Shown: piece by piece, positions 61,325-64,000 of the stretch
How the letters are laid out: each line of letters begins with the position of its first letter
How positions within the stretch are numbered: the stretch's first letter is position 1
Origin: Candidatus Sulfomarinibacteraceae bacterium
Lineage (GTDB): Bacteria; Acidobacteriota; Thermoanaerobaculia; Thermoanaerobaculales; Sulfomarinibacteraceae
Assembly: GCA_963796455.1 (NCBI GenBank)
Contig: CAWCLO010000004.1
Location: forward strand, 1,024,001-1,088,000
Direction of reading: 5' to 3'
DNA length: 64,000 bases
Position numbers and translations under genes: made by a program
Notes under the pieces: generated by a model
Told to the model about the DNA's origin: nothing
The model's input: the letters and a program-made list of their open reading frames with translations, nothing else
Database searches by the model: none

Positions 61325-63037
61325 ATGAAAGGCTGTCGGAGAATACCGCCGATGCTCATCATCCTCGTGATGGTCGGGTTATCGATCACCGCTTCGCTCG
61401 AGGCCAACAGCTTCGGGATCAACGTCCACGTGCCAAACGCTACGGTCCTCGACCGTGTGACCGAGGCTGGAATCGGTTGGGTGCGAATCGACTTCCTGTG
61501 GTCACTGGTGGAACCCGAAGAAGATTTCTACGACTGGACGATGTACGACGACGTGATTGCCGAGATCGAGAACCGCAATCTTCGGATCCTGGCGAATTTT
61601 CACGGCACCCCGGGGTGGGCGACCGATGGCGACGAATTTTCCGGCGTTCCATCAGATCCGGAGCAGGTTCAGGAAATGGTCTATCTGGCGGCGAAGAGAT
61701 ATCGCGGTCGAATCCATGCCTGGGGTTTGTGGAACGAACCGAACCTCCCCCGGTTTTGGCAGGGCACTCGGGCCGAGTACATCGAGACTGTTCTTCTGCC
61801 GGGATCCGCGGGCATTCGCGCCGCCGATGCCGATGCACTGGTCTCCGCGCCGGACACGGCCCATCTCTCGAGCGGAAATTGGGACGACTGGCTTGACCGG
61901 GTGATTCGGGACGCCGGGCACGCGATCGACGTGCTCACCCACCACGTCTACCCCTCCGACGGACGGGCGGCGGAGGTCACCAACGACCTCGTCCAGGACC
62001 AACGATTTCCGTGGGAGGATCTTTCGGTCAACGAGGTTCTGACCCGGGCGGGTTGGACAGATCGGCCCTTCTGGCTCACCGAAACCGGTGTACAGAGTGT
62101 CGAGCAGGGAAACGTGGGTCAGGCCGAATTTTATGAGAATCTGCTGGTTGACTGGTTTGGATTCAACCCCGAAGCCCGCTGGGTCGATCGGGTCTTTTTC
62201 TATGAGATCCACGATCCACCGGACCCGACCCCCTGGTCCTTCGGAATTCTCTGGTCGCGACCCGATCTGGCGCGTAAACCGTCATTTTATTCTTATCGCG
62301 ATTTCATAGGTGGTGCAGTCGTCGACGATGCCGAGATCGCCAACCTCGAGGTTCCTGGAGTGGTATCACCGGGAGAATTGGTGGCTGTACCGATCACGTT
62401 CCGCAACACCGGCTCCTCGGTGTGGCGCGGATCGAGAGCGTACCGCCTCCACATTCAGAGCGATTCCTTCTGGTCGATCGCGGACCCGGATGTCATCCCC
62501 GCCGATCGCGACGTCCACCCCGGGGACACCGTGGAACTGGTATTCCGGGTTCAATCTCCGCTCTTCACGCCGAACAGCCTACGTTCGGTTGCCTCCTTTC
62601 AGCTTCGGATAGCGGATGGAGGCGGCGACCCCTTTGGCCAACCAACGACCGTAACCATCGTTTCCAGCCCGGTCGCGCCGACCGAAATCGTCGAGCATCC
62701 GCGGTCGGTGACGGTGCTCGAGGGCCGTCGCGCGGTTTTCTGGGTTGCGGCCGAAGCTTCCACCGAGCTTCGTTATCGTTGGCGACGCAACAGCGTTCCG
62801 CTCAACGATGGCGGACCAATCGCAGGGAGCCATTCGGTGCGGCTCATGGTTGACGATGTCGATATTCACCAAGTAGGCGACTACGACTGCGTCATCGAAA
62901 ATGCGGCCGGCAGCGTGATCACGGAGGCTGCAATTCTGGCGACCAGTGAGTTCACTCCTATGCGCAGCGGCAGCCGTCGTCTCTTACCGGGGATCTCGGG
63001 CAAGTTTGGCGGCAAGCGCACGAAAGCAGTTCATTGA
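61325..63037 (+). CDS. Secreted clan GH-A glycoside hydrolase (GH5/GH39-like) with Ig-like domains
   Basis: Signal peptide, WVRIDF, WNEPN (acid/base), WLTETG (nucleophile), FRNTGSSVW Ig-like region, YRWRRN...GDYDCVIEN Ig domain. Start uncertain. Confidence 0.85.
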   Translation: MKGCRRIPPMLIILVMVGLSITASLEANSFGINVHVPNATVLDRVTEAGIGWVRIDFLWSLVEPEEDFYDWTMYDDVIAEIENRNLRILANFHGTPGWATDGDEFSGVPSDPEQVQEMVYLAAKRYRGRIHAWGLWNEPNLPRFWQGTRAEYIETVLLPGSAGIRAADADALVSAPDTAHLSSGNWDDWLDRVIRDAGHAIDVLTHHVYPSDGRAAEVTNDLVQDQRFPWEDLSVNEVLTRAGWTDRPFWLTETGVQSVEQGNVGQAEFYENLLVDWFGFNPEARWVDRVFFYEIHDPPDPTPWSFGILWSRPDLARKPSFYSYRDFIGGAVVDDAEIANLEVPGVVSPGELVAVPITFRNTGSSVWRGSRAYRLHIQSDSFWSIADPDVIPADRDVHPGDTVELVFRVQSPLFTPNSLRSVASFQLRIADGGGDPFGQPTTVTIVSSPVAPTEIVEHPRSVTVLEGRRAVFWVAAEASTELRYRWRRNSVPLNDGGPIAGSHSVRLMVDDVDIHQVGDYDCVIENAAGSVITEAAILATSEFTPMRSGSRRLLPGISGKFGGKRTKAVH

Positions 63038-63044
63038 GCGCGAT

Positions 63045-63869
63045 TCAGCGTCTGTTCAGCCAGTCTGAATAGAGCTCTGGACGCCGATCGCGGAGGAACA
63101 GTTCACGGGCGTGACTCTTGGCGACCTCTGAGAGATCGAGATCGGCAAAAAGAATCGCATCCTCCCCCTCCGGAGCTCGCGCAACAACCCTGCCGTCCGG
63201 TGCGCAGACGAAGGACTCTCCAGCAAAATCGAGGCACTCCTCCGCTCCAACCCGGTTGCACAGGGCCGTGAAATAACCATTCTGAAAGGCTGCCACCCGC
63301 AGTTCGGCCTCGTAGAGTCCATCGGGCCACTCCCCCACCGCGCCCGCCTGGGGCACGATCACGACCTCGGCGCCCGCGAGGGCCAGCGATCGCATGTACT
63401 CGGGATAGTGTCGGTCGTAGCAGATGGAAACCCCGATCCGGCCGGCGCTGGTCTCGAAGACCGGTGTGCCCGTATCGCCGGGTGCGTAGTAGCCCTTTTC
63501 GTGAAAACACGCATAGTCGGTGATGTGGACCATGCGGGTACGACCCAGAAGGGCCCCATCGCTGTCGATCACCGGTGAACAGTCGTAGCAGTTCTCGCCG
63601 TCCCGCTCAAAAAGATTGAGGACGACCACAACGCCGTGTTCGGCGGCTCGTTTGGAGAACAGCTCCGTCACCGGGCCCGGCACCTCTTCCGCCAGATCCT
63701 TCGGATCGCCGGCGGCCGGCCGCTGCGGGTAGAAAGGCTCGAATGCGAGTTCGGCAAAACAGATCAGATCGGCGCCGTCCGCGACGGCGCGATCGAGGGC
63801 CTCAAGCCCCCGTTTGACATTCTCCGGTCGATTCTCGGTTGCGTGTTGTTGGATCAGTGCGATACGCAT
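63045..63869 (-). CDS. Carbon-nitrogen hydrolase (nitrilase superfamily, N-carbamoylputrescine amidase-like)
   Basis: CFAEL, ICYDRHYPE, NRVG, FAGESF; GGAGG RBS. Confidence 0.9.
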   Translation of the reverse strand: MRIALIQQHATENRPENVKRGLEALDRAVADGADLICFAELAFEPFYPQRPAAGDPKDLAEEVPGPVTELFSKRAAEHGVVVVLNLFERDGENCYDCSPVIDSDGALLGRTRMVHITDYACFHEKGYYAPGDTGTPVFETSAGRIGVSICYDRHYPEYMRSLALAGAEVVIVPQAGAVGEWPDGLYEAELRVAAFQNGYFTALCNRVGAEECLDFAGESFVCAPDGRVVARAPEGEDAILFADLDLSEVAKSHARELFLRDRRPELYSDWLNRR

Positions 63870-64000
63870 GTGCCTCCTGCAAGCCTTGCCTATTTTTGTT
63901 TTGTATAGATTCCGACAAATACATGGCGCCAGTTTTCACCGCCATCGAGTGAGGTGCGCCACTGTTGGACCACCCGCCCGTCGGGCATCGGTCGCCAGCT

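Overview
GC-rich bacterial chromosome segment. Gene content (Ser/Thr kinase-PEGA, wHTH-FHA regulator, ZAS/FecR anti-sigma) suggests Acidobacteriota, possibly Thermoanaerobaculia; this is inference only. The coding content is mostly housekeeping and metabolic: MCP/cheW, a COG2403 GTPase-like enzyme, guaA, a complex I operon nuoAEFGHJKLMN lacking all four Q-module genes and followed by rex, ileS (single-base frameshift)-lspA-lgt-rluD, phhA, an ECF sigma/anti-sigma/ABC operon, murB, gshB-gloB-grxC, WS/DGAT, ogt, a molybdoenzyme with a fused DmsB-DmsC-like partner, a secreted glycoside hydrolase and a nitrilase-family enzyme. The most striking signal is non-coding: many intergenic gaps hold modular fold-back elements built from short degenerate tandem repeats in inverted orientation. 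(A) Three ~0.9 kb copies of a hairpin-rich element with nested inverted arms and compensatory base changes. (B) A CAGGGACAGCG-array cassette present as a full copy carrying a four-helix-bundle (Avd/IVP-like) gene, a copy retaining only a fragment of such a gene, and an empty copy. (C) Mosaics with a GTCATCCTGAGC palindrome and octamer arrays behind a conserved TCGTGATAAGG..GTCTCC anchor. (D) Inverted heptamer (TTCGGA-type) pairs. I saw no rRNA, tRNA, CRISPR array, transposase or reverse transcriptase.
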